Shown piece after piece: positions 1 to 8,660 of a stretch of 12,843 bases of DNA (position 1 is the first letter of the stretch; every line of letters begins with the position of its first letter). The stretch covers positions 1 to 12,843 of the forward strand of contig JBNKNM010000163.1 of the NCBI GenBank assembly GCA_050293845.1, written 5' to 3'. The notes under the pieces are model-generated. The model was not told the DNA's origin and ran no database searches. It saw nothing but the letters and a program-made list of their open reading frames with translations. Origin of the DNA: Pseudobacteriovorax sp. (lineage in GTDB: Bacteria; Bdellovibrionota_B; Oligoflexia; Oligoflexales; Oligoflexaceae). A program made the translations under genes and the position numbers.

Positions 1-1
1 T

Positions 2-1405
2 GCGGCGAATGAGTATTTTAATGCATATTCTAGCGCGAGAAGAGAAAGTATCAAAAGAAGGGCAGAGTGGGGGCTCGCACAAAGTTTACAAAAAGTTGGT
101 TTGTTGTATTCATCCTCCAAATATTATAGCGTTATTGTTAGAAGAGGGCGCAAGGTTTCGAATCCATTTTTTCGATCCGCTCTTGAGGAATTGGGAGAAA
201 TAAACTCTAGACTGAGCTTGGGCCGTTCCCATATTGTTCGGCTTTTTAAAACAAAGTTACGACTATCAGATGTGCCGGGGCCTTCTCGAGGGTTTTATTT
301 TTATTATAAAGGTGTCGAGGCATTTGATGATCGTCGGTTAGAATTAGCTGATAGTTTTTTTAAAAAAGTTCCTACAAGTAGTGATTACTTTCTAGGTGCA
401 CTTTTCCATCTAGGAGTTATTTCAAATTTATCAGGTCGCCACTCAAGATCAATAGCTTATTTTGAAAAGGTATTGGCTGGTTCACGGGGGAGATCTAAAT
501 ATGAAGAAATTCGTGAAATGTCATTGATGAATATTGCTCGTGTGCATTATGAACAGAGGAGATATACTCAAGCTATTTCTTTTTACGGACAGATTCCTCG
601 TAGTTCAGAAAATTGGCTTGAAGCGTTATGGGAATCCTCTTGGGCTTTCTTTTTTATGGAAAAATTCAACAATACCTTAGGTAATATTCATACTTTGCAT
701 TCCCCCTTTTTTGCAAATCGATTCTATCCTGAAAGCTATATATTGCAAGCCATTACCTATCTTAGACTGTGTCGTTATGAATCAGTTAAAGATGCTATGA
801 AATTTTTTAAGAAACGCTATAAGAGTGTTTATGGCGATGTGAAAGCTATGCTGAATAAGTATCGCGGTGACCCAAAAGGGTTTTATAAACTTGTATATGA
901 CTATAAGCTGGGGCGTCTTAACAAGTATGATAAAGCAGAACAAATTATTAAGAAGCTTTCATCTATTGATGCTTTTAAAGGTGCAAGAGATACGATACGC
1001 TTTGCTGATCGTGAATTGGACCAATTGAGGGAATATAGGCGATGGTCTGGATCTGGATTGCTTAATTCTTTAAAGGGGTTTTTAAAATCTAAGAAACGAG
1101 CTGCTATCAGTGCCGCTGGTAGGTTAATGTATAAAGAAGGGACATCCTACTATACACAGTTGCTAGAATTATCGAATCAAACAAAATTGATTGTTGCTGA
1201 GATGCAGTTAGGAAAATTAGCCAAATTACGGTCATTGATTAGCGTTGATAAAGGTTCTAAAAAAGTTGAGTTTATCGGAGGATTGCAGAAGCTTAACATT
1301 AATGAAACTCTCGAATATTGGCCTTTTGAAGGTGAGTACTGGGAAGACGAACTAGGTTTTTATGTATATAATTTAGAAAGCTTATGCAAAAGCAGCGGGA
1401 ACTAG
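2..1405 (+). CDS. gltC: GltC-like TPR protein of the gliding-motility cluster, 5'-partial (starts upstream of the window)
   Basis: Frame is open from position 2 (AANEYFNAYSSARRES...), so the TTG at 101 is not the real start. TPR-like helices (SLMNIARVHYEQRRY, WLEALWESSWAFF). C-terminal YWPFEGEYWEDELGFY motif typical of GltC. Lies directly upstream of a GltD-like gene. Confidence 0.8.
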   Translation, partial: AANEYFNAYSSARRESIKRRAEWGLAQSLQKVGLLYSSSKYYSVIVRRGRKVSNPFFRSALEELGEINSRLSLGRSHIVRLFKTKLRLSDVPGPSRGFYFYYKGVEAFDDRRLELADSFFKKVPTSSDYFLGALFHLGVISNLSGRHSRSIAYFEKVLAGSRGRSKYEEIREMSLMNIARVHYEQRRYTQAISFYGQIPRSSENWLEALWESSWAFFFMEKFNNTLGNIHTLHSPFFANRFYPESYILQAITYLRLCRYESVKDAMKFFKKRYKSVYGDVKAMLNKYRGDPKGFYKLVYDYKLGRLNKYDKAEQIIKKLSSIDAFKGARDTIRFADRELDQLREYRRWSGSGLLNSLKGFLKSKKRAAISAAGRLMYKEGTSYYTQLLELSNQTKLIVAEMQLGKLAKLRSLISVDKGSKKVEFIGGLQKLNINETLEYWPFEGEYWEDELGFYVYNLESLCKSSGN

Positions 1406-1411
1406 TTATTG

Positions 1412-4400
1412 ATGTTATTACTACGTCTACTCATAGCAATATTTTTCATTGAATTTGCCTTTCCTATGGCTTTGGTAGGACAAGATCAAAAAAGAGCTGT
1501 CCTACAAGTAAAAGAAAGAAAACGTAAAAAAAATCAAGAAAAAATAACCGGACCTCGTCGCAATAGATCGGCATTATTTTCTGTGCGCGTCGAAAGAAAA
1601 CTTATTAAAGGTATAGATAAAACTGTAAGGTATCTTGAGAAAACGGCAAAGTCACTGCCAAAAAAATCACAACAAAAATTGCAAATTTTAGAAAGAATCT
1701 TAAATCTGTATATGGAACAGGCCACTTATGTTCGCTCTGAGGAAGAAAGAGTTTTTGATAAAAAGATGACGGATTGGGAGGATAATGGTAAGAAAGGGCG
1801 AGAACCTAAATTGGACAGCTCTAGATCTATGCGCTATTGGAAGTTAGTTTCTCGTCAATCATCTTTGATTCTTAAAGAGTTCCCTAAAGCAAAGACAGCA
1901 GATTCAATCACTTTTAATAGGGCTATAGCGCTGCAATATCTTGGTAAAGAGAAAAACTCAGCGCGGATGTTTAATCAATTAATCAAGAACTATCCGAACT
2001 CAGAAATCGCTGGCGATGCCTATGCTGCTTTGGGCGATTACTTTTTTGATCGTAATGACTACCGCAATGCCCAAAGGAATTTTAAGAAGGCAAGAAAGTA
2101 TAAAAGGTCGAAACGATATTTATGGTCAATTTTTAAGCTCGGTTGGTGTTCCTTTAATCTTGGTAATTATAAAACGGCTTTAGGTCACTGGAAAAGCTTG
2201 GTTCGTACTGCAAGAAAAGATAGAAATGATAAGTCTGCACAGCAACTTAAAGAAGAATCTTTACGTGATATGGTTTATGCATTTGCTGAACTGAAACAAG
2301 TTGAACAGGCAATTTCTTATTATAAAGCAAATGGTGGCACCATTTATATCGGTCCATTTCTAACCCTTCTTGCACAAACTCTGGCCGACCAAGGCGAGTA
2401 TACCAAGTCCATTAAAGTACTTAAGAAATTTCAGTCGACTCTTCCCTATGACCCGACAGGTCCCGATTCTCAAAAAGAAATTGTTAGTCTCAACGGAGCG
2501 TTAGGTAAGTATAGGCAGCTTTGGCGAGAGCTGGAGAGATTTGTTAGCTTGTATGGGCTAAAATCTAATTGGGCTCGCAGAAATAAGCGAGATGTTGTTT
2601 TAGAAACCCAAGGAACTATCAAAGACCAGATGATATATTGGTCCAGTCTTACTCATCAGAAAGCCATTAAAGATAATAATAGACGCTTGAACCAAGAAGC
2701 CAAAAAAGGGTATCTTCTTTTTCTAAAATATTTTCCTCGTAGTGAAGAAATTAGTGGAATCAAGTACTATTTAGGAGATATTGAATACTATCTTAAAAAT
2801 TACCGACAAGCAGGTCGATACTATTATGAAATTGCTTCTTTAGGAAAAAACAGAGCTACTCGATTTGATAGTAAAAAAAATAAGAAAGTCAATATTCATC
2901 GTGAAGTGTCAATCTATATGGTGAACTCATATGTGAATGATTTTGAGCCAGAATTTAAAGTGCTTAAGAAAAGAAAACCAGATTTTACTCGGCCCAAGCA
3001 ACTATCATCGCGGGCGCAAAACTATATCTTGGCCTGTAATCGATACGTGAAATGGTATCCGAAAGATAAAACTAGAGTAAAAAGTTGTGATACCGGGATA
3101 GCGAATATTTATTATCATTCCGGACGAAAAAAAGAAGCTGTTGGGTATATGAAAAAATTGGCACTCACTTATCCTAGGGACAAAGAAGGTCAAGGAGCCA
3201 TCGAGTTGCTGATTCCTATGATGGCTAATGATAGAAAGGCGTTGTTGAATTTATCCTACACCTTTCTTAGAGTGCCTGAATATAGAAGAGGAAAGATGGG
3301 TGCTAAGCTTAGAGGGCTACAGAGAGGAGCTGAAAAAGAGGCTATTAGTCAAGAAAAAGACGTATATAAAAGAGCGCAGCGCTATGAGGCTCAAGCGAAG
3401 AAGTATCCCAAGGATCCTGATGTTGATAAGCTTTGGTATAATGCAGCTGTTGATTATATAAAAGCTGGTGCTATTCCGCAGGCTATTAACGCCTATCTCG
3501 TTATCGTAAAGAATTTTTCTAAAACTCCTCAAGCCAAAGATTCGCTACTACAAGTGGCACAAATTTACGAACGATTATTAGAATTTGATAAAGCTTCTAG
3601 TTATTTTATCGATTTTCATAGAAAATATCCTCGATCCAAAGAAGCTGCTGCATCCTTAGCTCGGGCCTGTGAGATGCAATTAGCGCTCAATACTTCAAAG
3701 GCTTTGTCTATCTGTAATGCTTTTGCTGTTAGATACCCTGAAGGTGCTCTGCCTATTGTAGAGCGCTTGATTGTCGGAGCTTTTAGAGGGAAAAGAAACT
3801 CACAAATGGTTAAGATTATTAATACGATGTATCTAAACCGATTCCGCTTAAACCAGAACCAGAAGATCATTGCCTTTTACCGTATCTATTCCGCTTATGG
3901 GGGGCAGGGGAGTCAGGCTTCAAGGGCTGCGGGTTCCATATTTTCCGAATTTTCTAAAAATCCAGATGGGGTTAATGGTGAAGCTTTGCGATACGTTGGA
4001 GAACTTACATTTTTAAAAGCTAACTCTATTTTGCCGCGTTATATGAAAGTCGGATTAGCCGGTGGAACTGTGGAAAGATTACTGGGATCAATGCAAAACA
4101 AAGCAGCACAGTTACAACAAGTGGAGCAAGCTTTTGGGCAAGTTGTAAATACTAAAGATTCCTATTGGGGGGTTGCAGCACTTTACAGCATTGGATTGGC
4201 AACTGAGCAGTTTGCTGAGCTTTTAAGCAATCCACCTGCAATACAAGGAGCCAAACGTGAGGATGTATTAGCACAGCTAAAACCTCAAATTGAGCAAATC
4301 AAACAAGCGGCAACAAACTGGTATAAAAGTGCTGCGGAAACTGTTTCGCGATATCGGGTCTATAATCAATACTCAGTAAAAACACTCAATAGTCTGGCAA

Positions 4401-4504
4401 GAATTACAAATCGCAATCTCCAATTTGATGACTATGTTGTAGCTCCTGATTTTCTTGGTGCTGAATTACCTGCTGATATTGCTAAGAGTGTAAGGAGACT
4501 ATGA
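1412..4504 (+). CDS. gltD: Large secreted multi-TPR protein, GltD/AgmU-like
   Basis: About 1030 aa with a hydrophobic N-terminal signal-like peptide and many TPR motifs (AYAALGDYFFD, SIFKLGWCSFNLG, YYLGDIEYY, LWYNAAVDY). Sits between gltC-like and gltE-like genes. ATG at 1412; alternative TTG at 1409. Confidence 0.8.
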   Translation: MLLLRLLIAIFFIEFAFPMALVGQDQKRAVLQVKERKRKKNQEKITGPRRNRSALFSVRVERKLIKGIDKTVRYLEKTAKSLPKKSQQKLQILERILNLYMEQATYVRSEEERVFDKKMTDWEDNGKKGREPKLDSSRSMRYWKLVSRQSSLILKEFPKAKTADSITFNRAIALQYLGKEKNSARMFNQLIKNYPNSEIAGDAYAALGDYFFDRNDYRNAQRNFKKARKYKRSKRYLWSIFKLGWCSFNLGNYKTALGHWKSLVRTARKDRNDKSAQQLKEESLRDMVYAFAELKQVEQAISYYKANGGTIYIGPFLTLLAQTLADQGEYTKSIKVLKKFQSTLPYDPTGPDSQKEIVSLNGALGKYRQLWRELERFVSLYGLKSNWARRNKRDVVLETQGTIKDQMIYWSSLTHQKAIKDNNRRLNQEAKKGYLLFLKYFPRSEEISGIKYYLGDIEYYLKNYRQAGRYYYEIASLGKNRATRFDSKKNKKVNIHREVSIYMVNSYVNDFEPEFKVLKKRKPDFTRPKQLSSRAQNYILACNRYVKWYPKDKTRVKSCDTGIANIYYHSGRKKEAVGYMKKLALTYPRDKEGQGAIELLIPMMANDRKALLNLSYTFLRVPEYRRGKMGAKLRGLQRGAEKEAISQEKDVYKRAQRYEAQAKKYPKDPDVDKLWYNAAVDYIKAGAIPQAINAYLVIVKNFSKTPQAKDSLLQVAQIYERLLEFDKASSYFIDFHRKYPRSKEAAASLARACEMQLALNTSKALSICNAFAVRYPEGALPIVERLIVGAFRGKRNSQMVKIINTMYLNRFRLNQNQKIIAFYRIYSAYGGQGSQASRAAGSIFSEFSKNPDGVNGEALRYVGELTFLKANSILPRYMKVGLAGGTVERLLGSMQNKAAQLQQVEQAFGQVVNTKDSYWGVAALYSIGLATEQFAELLSNPPAIQGAKREDVLAQLKPQIEQIKQAATNWYKSAAETVSRYRVYNQYSVKTLNSLARITNRNLQFDDYVVAPDFLGAELPADIAKSVRRL

Positions 4505-5511
4505 TGAAAATATATAGCTTGTTGCTACTGGTTTGTATAAGTTTCAGTAATCATCGTTGCGCTAGTTCCGGTAACTCTCCTATATCTTCGATGATGGAAG
4601 AGCGGCAGGAAGATGATGAAGATTCACCTGGTGATGATCGCAATCTAACAGGAAAAATTTCCGCTAGTACCAGTATTTTCACTTACAGTGCTAGTAACAG
4701 TGTTTTAAGCTCTCGAGGATTTTCTCCAAAAAGATCCCGTAATTTAGCGAGTGAGCTTGAGCGTAGGTTACGTAGTCCTACGGTAAAAAATCGACGAGAG
4801 CTAGTCGCTCTTATGTCTCTTTATCGGATGGCTGGCGGAGATTTAAATCAAGCGTTCAATATTGCAAAAAAGATTTCTTTGAATGAAATGAAGGTAGATA
4901 TTTCCCGTAAAATTCCAGAATCTGCAGTATTGGAACTGGCACTGTCCTCTATCCAAAGTGCTAATTATTCCATGGCAGATCATTGGCTTAACGAATTATC
5001 TAGCAGCAAAGATAAAAAAATGCAAGCCGCCGTAGAAACAGCAAGAGGTATCATCGAACTGCGTTCAGGACGTTTACCAGAAGCTATTTTTTATTGGAAT
5101 GAAGCTTTAAAAAAGTACTCCAACTATGAGCCAGCTCGTCTTAATATTGGATTTTATGCATTGAAATTTGGCGATGTGACAACAGCTAAAAGGATGTTAA
5201 GCACGATTGAGTCAGATTATTTCGTGCTGACTGGGTTAATGCAAGCTGAGCGTTTGTCAGATCGTGCGAAAAAAGTTGAATCCATGTGTGATCGATTGTT
5301 GCAACTCAATCCAAAATATAAACCAGCTCTTTTTTCATGCGGACTTAATACTTACCAAGGCCTCAGTAAACTGGCTGAAGCTAAAAGAGATCTTGAAAAA
5401 GTAGCTCAAGTAGAAGCGCCACCCGTGGAAATTGACGAGAAAGTTTTTTTAACTATAGGAAAAATAGAGGCTTTGCAGAAGAGCAATGCTCCTAACGCAC
5501 CGAAAAAATAG
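4504..5511 (+). CDS. gltE: TPR protein, probable lipoprotein, GltE/AglT-like
   Basis: AAGGAG at 4492-4497 favours ATG 4504 (alternative 4501), overlapping the upstream stop. Signal-like N-terminus followed by CASSG. TPR motifs (GIIELRSGRLPEAIFYWNEAL, PARLNIGFYALKFG). Symbol assigned from position and architecture. Confidence 0.7.
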   Translation: MKIYSLLLLVCISFSNHRCASSGNSPISSMMEERQEDDEDSPGDDRNLTGKISASTSIFTYSASNSVLSSRGFSPKRSRNLASELERRLRSPTVKNRRELVALMSLYRMAGGDLNQAFNIAKKISLNEMKVDISRKIPESAVLELALSSIQSANYSMADHWLNELSSSKDKKMQAAVETARGIIELRSGRLPEAIFYWNEALKKYSNYEPARLNIGFYALKFGDVTTAKRMLSTIESDYFVLTGLMQAERLSDRAKKVESMCDRLLQLNPKYKPALFSCGLNTYQGLSKLAEAKRDLEKVAQVEAPPVEIDEKVFLTIGKIEALQKSNAPNAPKK

Positions 5512-5580
5512 GCGATGGGGGCCTGATTTAAGCTACTCTCCAATATCTCGATTCCTCCTAGGGCTTCCCATTTGGTTGAT

Positions 5581-5611
5581 TTGACGCGATAATAGAGACA
5601 AGCGATATTAT
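5581..5611 (+). promoter_or_regulatory. Possible internal sigma70-like promoter for gltG
   Basis: TTGACG (5581-5586) and TATTAT (5606-5611) with a sub-optimal 19-nt spacer in the 145-nt intergenic gap. Confidence 0.25.
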
Positions 5612-5656
5612 ATTCGGCATCCGTCTTTGTAGTCACTGTAGTTCAGAGGAAGATGA

Positions 5657-7825
5657 ATGAACCTAGAAATAAGGTTTACACTACCTAACCAAGCTCCTCA
5701 AACGATACCAGTAAAAGAAAGAATTCTCATTGGTACTTTAATGTCTAATGAGGTTGTCATTCGTGCGCCAGGTGTCGAACCTATTCATGCGATGATTGAA
5801 GTTCTAGAAGACGGAAACGAGATACTCACAGACTTGGGATCACAGACTGGAGTTCAACTGAATGGGAAGCAAATTGAAGTCGAGTCACAGCTGAAAATCG
5901 GTGATGTGATTCGGGTGGGAGACGTAAAAATTGACGTCTTGGCTTTTGGTGCAAGTTCAGAAGACCACTTTCAAACAGCTACAACCCGTATGCCGACACA
6001 GCCCAATTCTCAAGCTTTCAATTTAGAGGAAAGTACTAGTGTATTACCTCAAAAACCGAAAAAAAATAAGGAACTATCTTCGACTCAAGTAAGTTCATCG
6101 GAAGTGAAGCCAAGAGTCCGAAACGAGACAAAAATTGCCCGGGCTCCCGCTAGAGAATCATCCTCAAGCTCCGGTGCTTATAACAACCAAAGAAGTTCTG
6201 AAAAGAAAGGCGCTATGCTTTTCTCACCACGATCGGCGAAGCCTAGTGGTGATGTGCTTGAAGTTGTAAGCTACTGGGGAGACACGGTATTAGATGTCGA
6301 TCTTTTTCACCCCACTTATAAAGGTTACTCCAAAGCTACTATCGGTACACCTCCCTATGCACATTTCTTGGCTGGTGGCAGATCAGATATTAAATCCCAT
6401 CCTTTGGCAGAACTGAGCCCTACAGGCTATAAAATCAAGTTGTTACCTGATATGCAAGCACGTATTCGCAAAGGGGGAGAAGTTTTAGATTCTAAGGGGA
6501 AGGGTACAATTACCCTGGGTAAGCGTGATATTGCTCATGTAGCCCATGGTGCTATTAAATACTTCCTTATGTTTGTAAAACCTCCGGAGGTGATTCTCCC
6601 AAGTAATCGGGGAACAGATCCTTTTATTCGTAGCTTAATGTTTGCTGCAGCTGCAGCTTATCTTATTTCGACCGCTGCGATCATCTTTTCTGAAGGTAAA
6701 ATCGATGATGACTTGAATGATGATATCTGGTCGATAGTAAATGTTCCGGAAAAAGATCAGCCACCGAAGCCCGATTTACCTAAACCGAAGCCAAAACAAG
6801 AATTAGCAAAAGCAAAACCTCCAAAAGTTCCCCCTAAACCACCAAAACCGACGCCAAAGCCCCCGGTTCCAGTGCCGCCCAAGAAGGTACCGAAACCGCC
6901 AAAGGTTGTTGAAAAGCCAAAACCCAAGAAAGTTGCGAAACCTACAAGGACCTTGGCTGAAAAGCCACCGCGTCCAAACCCCACTCCTAAACCCAAAAAG
7001 GGGATTGCAGCTACAGGTGCTAAGCCTGATAAGAAGCTTCCCGGACGCAAGATAGCGAAAACAAAACTGGGACTTTCTGGTGGCCCCAGGGGAGGCGGTA
7101 AATTTCGACCTAGTGGCGGGGGGCGTCGCAAAGGAAGTAGTAAAGCTGATGTGAAGGGTGTAGAAGGTGTAAACAACAAGAAGGCATCTGGAGTGAACCT
7201 CTCAAAATTAGGAGTAGGGGCTGGCTTGGTTCTCAATAAGAAGGGAGCTGGTGCCATCAAAACTAACTTCAGTAACTCTGCAGGTGGAGCTGGAGGCGGG
7301 TCTGGATCGGCGTCGAAAACCTTTGGTTTGGGAGGCCCTGGTAGCGGCAATACTCTGGCTGTTTCTGGCACAGGTGGTGCGGCTAATAATTTTGGCGGAT
7401 TTGGCGGAAAAGGTTCTGGTGCTGGTGGTACCGGTGGACTTGGAGGCTCAGGTATTACTTCAGGCTTTGGTAGGGGCAAGGGCGCAGGTCGTGTGGATGT
7501 CGTAGTTCCAGCTTCAGATCCTGTTATTGCAGGAGGGCTTTCTCAACAGGAAGTACAGGCCGTTATACGCGCAAACCTTAATCAAATACGCCACTGCTAT
7601 GAACAGTTACTCCAGCGCTCTCCCAGTGCTCAGGGTAAGGTAAAGGTCAGATTTGTCGTTCAACCCAATGGTCGCGTTGGTTCTGCAAAAATAGTTTCTT
7701 CCGATATTAATGACTCCGTCATGCGTGGCTGTGTAACAGGGAAAGTGAAACGGTGGAAGTTTCCAAATCCTAGGGGCGGGGAGTCTGTAACAGTTAATTA
7801 TCCTTTTGTATTTAACCCTCTCTAA
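5657..7825 (+). CDS. gltG: GltG/PglI-like inner-membrane protein: FHA domain, single TM helix, Pro/Lys-rich and Gly-rich linkers, TonB_C-like (AgmX/PglI C-terminal) domain
   Basis: RBS AGAGGA at 5645-5650. FHA-like N-terminus (ILIG...HAMI...LTDLGSQTGVQLNG). TM near residues 323-345. PK-rich then G-rich tracts. C-terminus IRHCYEQLL...GKVKVRFVV...CV...WKFPNPRGG...VNYPFVF. Confidence 0.88.
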   Translation: MNLEIRFTLPNQAPQTIPVKERILIGTLMSNEVVIRAPGVEPIHAMIEVLEDGNEILTDLGSQTGVQLNGKQIEVESQLKIGDVIRVGDVKIDVLAFGASSEDHFQTATTRMPTQPNSQAFNLEESTSVLPQKPKKNKELSSTQVSSSEVKPRVRNETKIARAPARESSSSSGAYNNQRSSEKKGAMLFSPRSAKPSGDVLEVVSYWGDTVLDVDLFHPTYKGYSKATIGTPPYAHFLAGGRSDIKSHPLAELSPTGYKIKLLPDMQARIRKGGEVLDSKGKGTITLGKRDIAHVAHGAIKYFLMFVKPPEVILPSNRGTDPFIRSLMFAAAAAYLISTAAIIFSEGKIDDDLNDDIWSIVNVPEKDQPPKPDLPKPKPKQELAKAKPPKVPPKPPKPTPKPPVPVPPKKVPKPPKVVEKPKPKKVAKPTRTLAEKPPRPNPTPKPKKGIAATGAKPDKKLPGRKIAKTKLGLSGGPRGGGKFRPSGGGRRKGSSKADVKGVEGVNNKKASGVNLSKLGVGAGLVLNKKGAGAIKTNFSNSAGGAGGGSGSASKTFGLGGPGSGNTLAVSGTGGAANNFGGFGGKGSGAGGTGGLGGSGITSGFGRGKGAGRVDVVVPASDPVIAGGLSQQEVQAVIRANLNQIRHCYEQLLQRSPSAQGKVKVRFVVQPNGRVGSAKIVSSDINDSVMRGCVTGKVKRWKFPNPRGGESVTVNYPFVFNPL

Positions 7826-7853
7826 ATATAAGTTAAATTTGACAATGAACAAT

Positions 7854-7882
7854 AGGTGCATCTTGTCTGATGCGCCTTTTTT
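7854..7882 (+). terminator. Rho-independent terminator after the glt cluster
   Basis: Stem AGGTGCATC / GATGCGCCT (one G-U pair), loop TTGTCT, followed by a T run. Confidence 0.75.
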
Positions 7883-7895
7883 ATATGGGTGTTTT

Positions 7896-8660
7896 ATGTC
7901 GAGCAGATTATTAACGTTAGTTACAAATGATGATGGAATCCATGCCGCTGGTATTCGCGCTGTAATCGATCAACTCTCTGAAAATATTGATCCTTTTATC
8001 GTAGCTCCCATGAGAGAACGCTCAGGAGCCGGACATAGTATAACACTGGGACGTGATATTCATCTTAAAGAGATTTCCGCCAACGAGTTTGCCTTTGATG
8101 GCACACCAGTTGACTGTGTCTCTTTTGCCTTGCGTAATTTAGTAAAGGAAAAGCCTGAGTTCTGTATCAGTGGCATCAATTTGGGGGCTAATCTAGGTAA
8201 TGATACCCTGTGCTCAGGAACTGTGGGTGCAGCTTTGGCGGCAGCCAAAGAAGGAATTCCGGGAATAGCCGTATCCATAGTGGGACGCCATGGTCCCTAC
8301 CATATCGATACAGCTATAGCTGTTTTAAAGTCGTTGCTACACTATAAAAACGAAATCATAAGTCATATTCACAATCGCATCTTGAATGTTAATGTTCCTA
8401 ACCTTCCTGAAGAGCAGCTTAAGGGCATCAAAGTATGTCAATTGGGTGAGAGGATTTGGAGCGAAGAGTTTGTTTCAGGAAAATCTGCGAACAGTTTTCG
8501 TTATCACCATGAAGAGCCAATTAATTTTGGGGACGATAATACTGATGTTGTTGCCATAGAAAATGGTTGGGCTACAGTCTCTGTTCTAGTACCATCTCTG
8601 TTTGACAGCAGCACGACGGAGGGTTTGGAAAAACTGATCTTAGGGGAAAAAGGTGTTTAG
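7896..8660 (+). CDS. surE: 5'/3'-nucleotidase SurE
   Basis: Motifs TNDDG, SGAGHSIT, DGTPVDCV, SGINLGANLG, SGTVGAA, LNVNVP. ATG 7896 chosen because it lies just before the NDDG strand and downstream of the terminator. Confidence 0.96.
   Translation: MSSRLLTLVTNDDGIHAAGIRAVIDQLSENIDPFIVAPMRERSGAGHSITLGRDIHLKEISANEFAFDGTPVDCVSFALRNLVKEKPEFCISGINLGANLGNDTLCSGTVGAALAAAKEGIPGIAVSIVGRHGPYHIDTAIAVLKSLLHYKNEIISHIHNRILNVNVPNLPEEQLKGIKVCQLGERIWSEEFVSGKSANSFRYHHEEPINFGDDNTDVVAIENGWATVSVLVPSLFDSSTTEGLEKLILGEKGV

Noticed and set aside
9..203. 64-aa ORF suggesting a frameshifted start of the first gene
   Set aside because: The gltC-like frame is already open from position 2, so no frameshift is needed. 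This is an off-frame overlap.
5510..5590. GGCGATGG start resembling a fluoride riboswitch
   Set aside because: The downstream GCTRATGAC pseudoknot element is absent, and the downstream gene is unrelated to fluoride.
6757..7479. 240-aa antisense ORF rich in Pro/Gly/Phe
   Set aside because: Mirror of the low-complexity Pro/Lys and Gly tracts of gltG, which give few antisense stop codons.
6760..7480. Repetitive DNA resembling tandem repeats or CRISPR
   Set aside because: Codon-level repetition of PK and G-rich protein linkers, with no constant repeat-spacer period.
7806..7895. N-terminal extension of SurE in the ORF track
   Set aside because: Overlaps the gltG end and the terminator. SurE similarity begins at ATG 7896.
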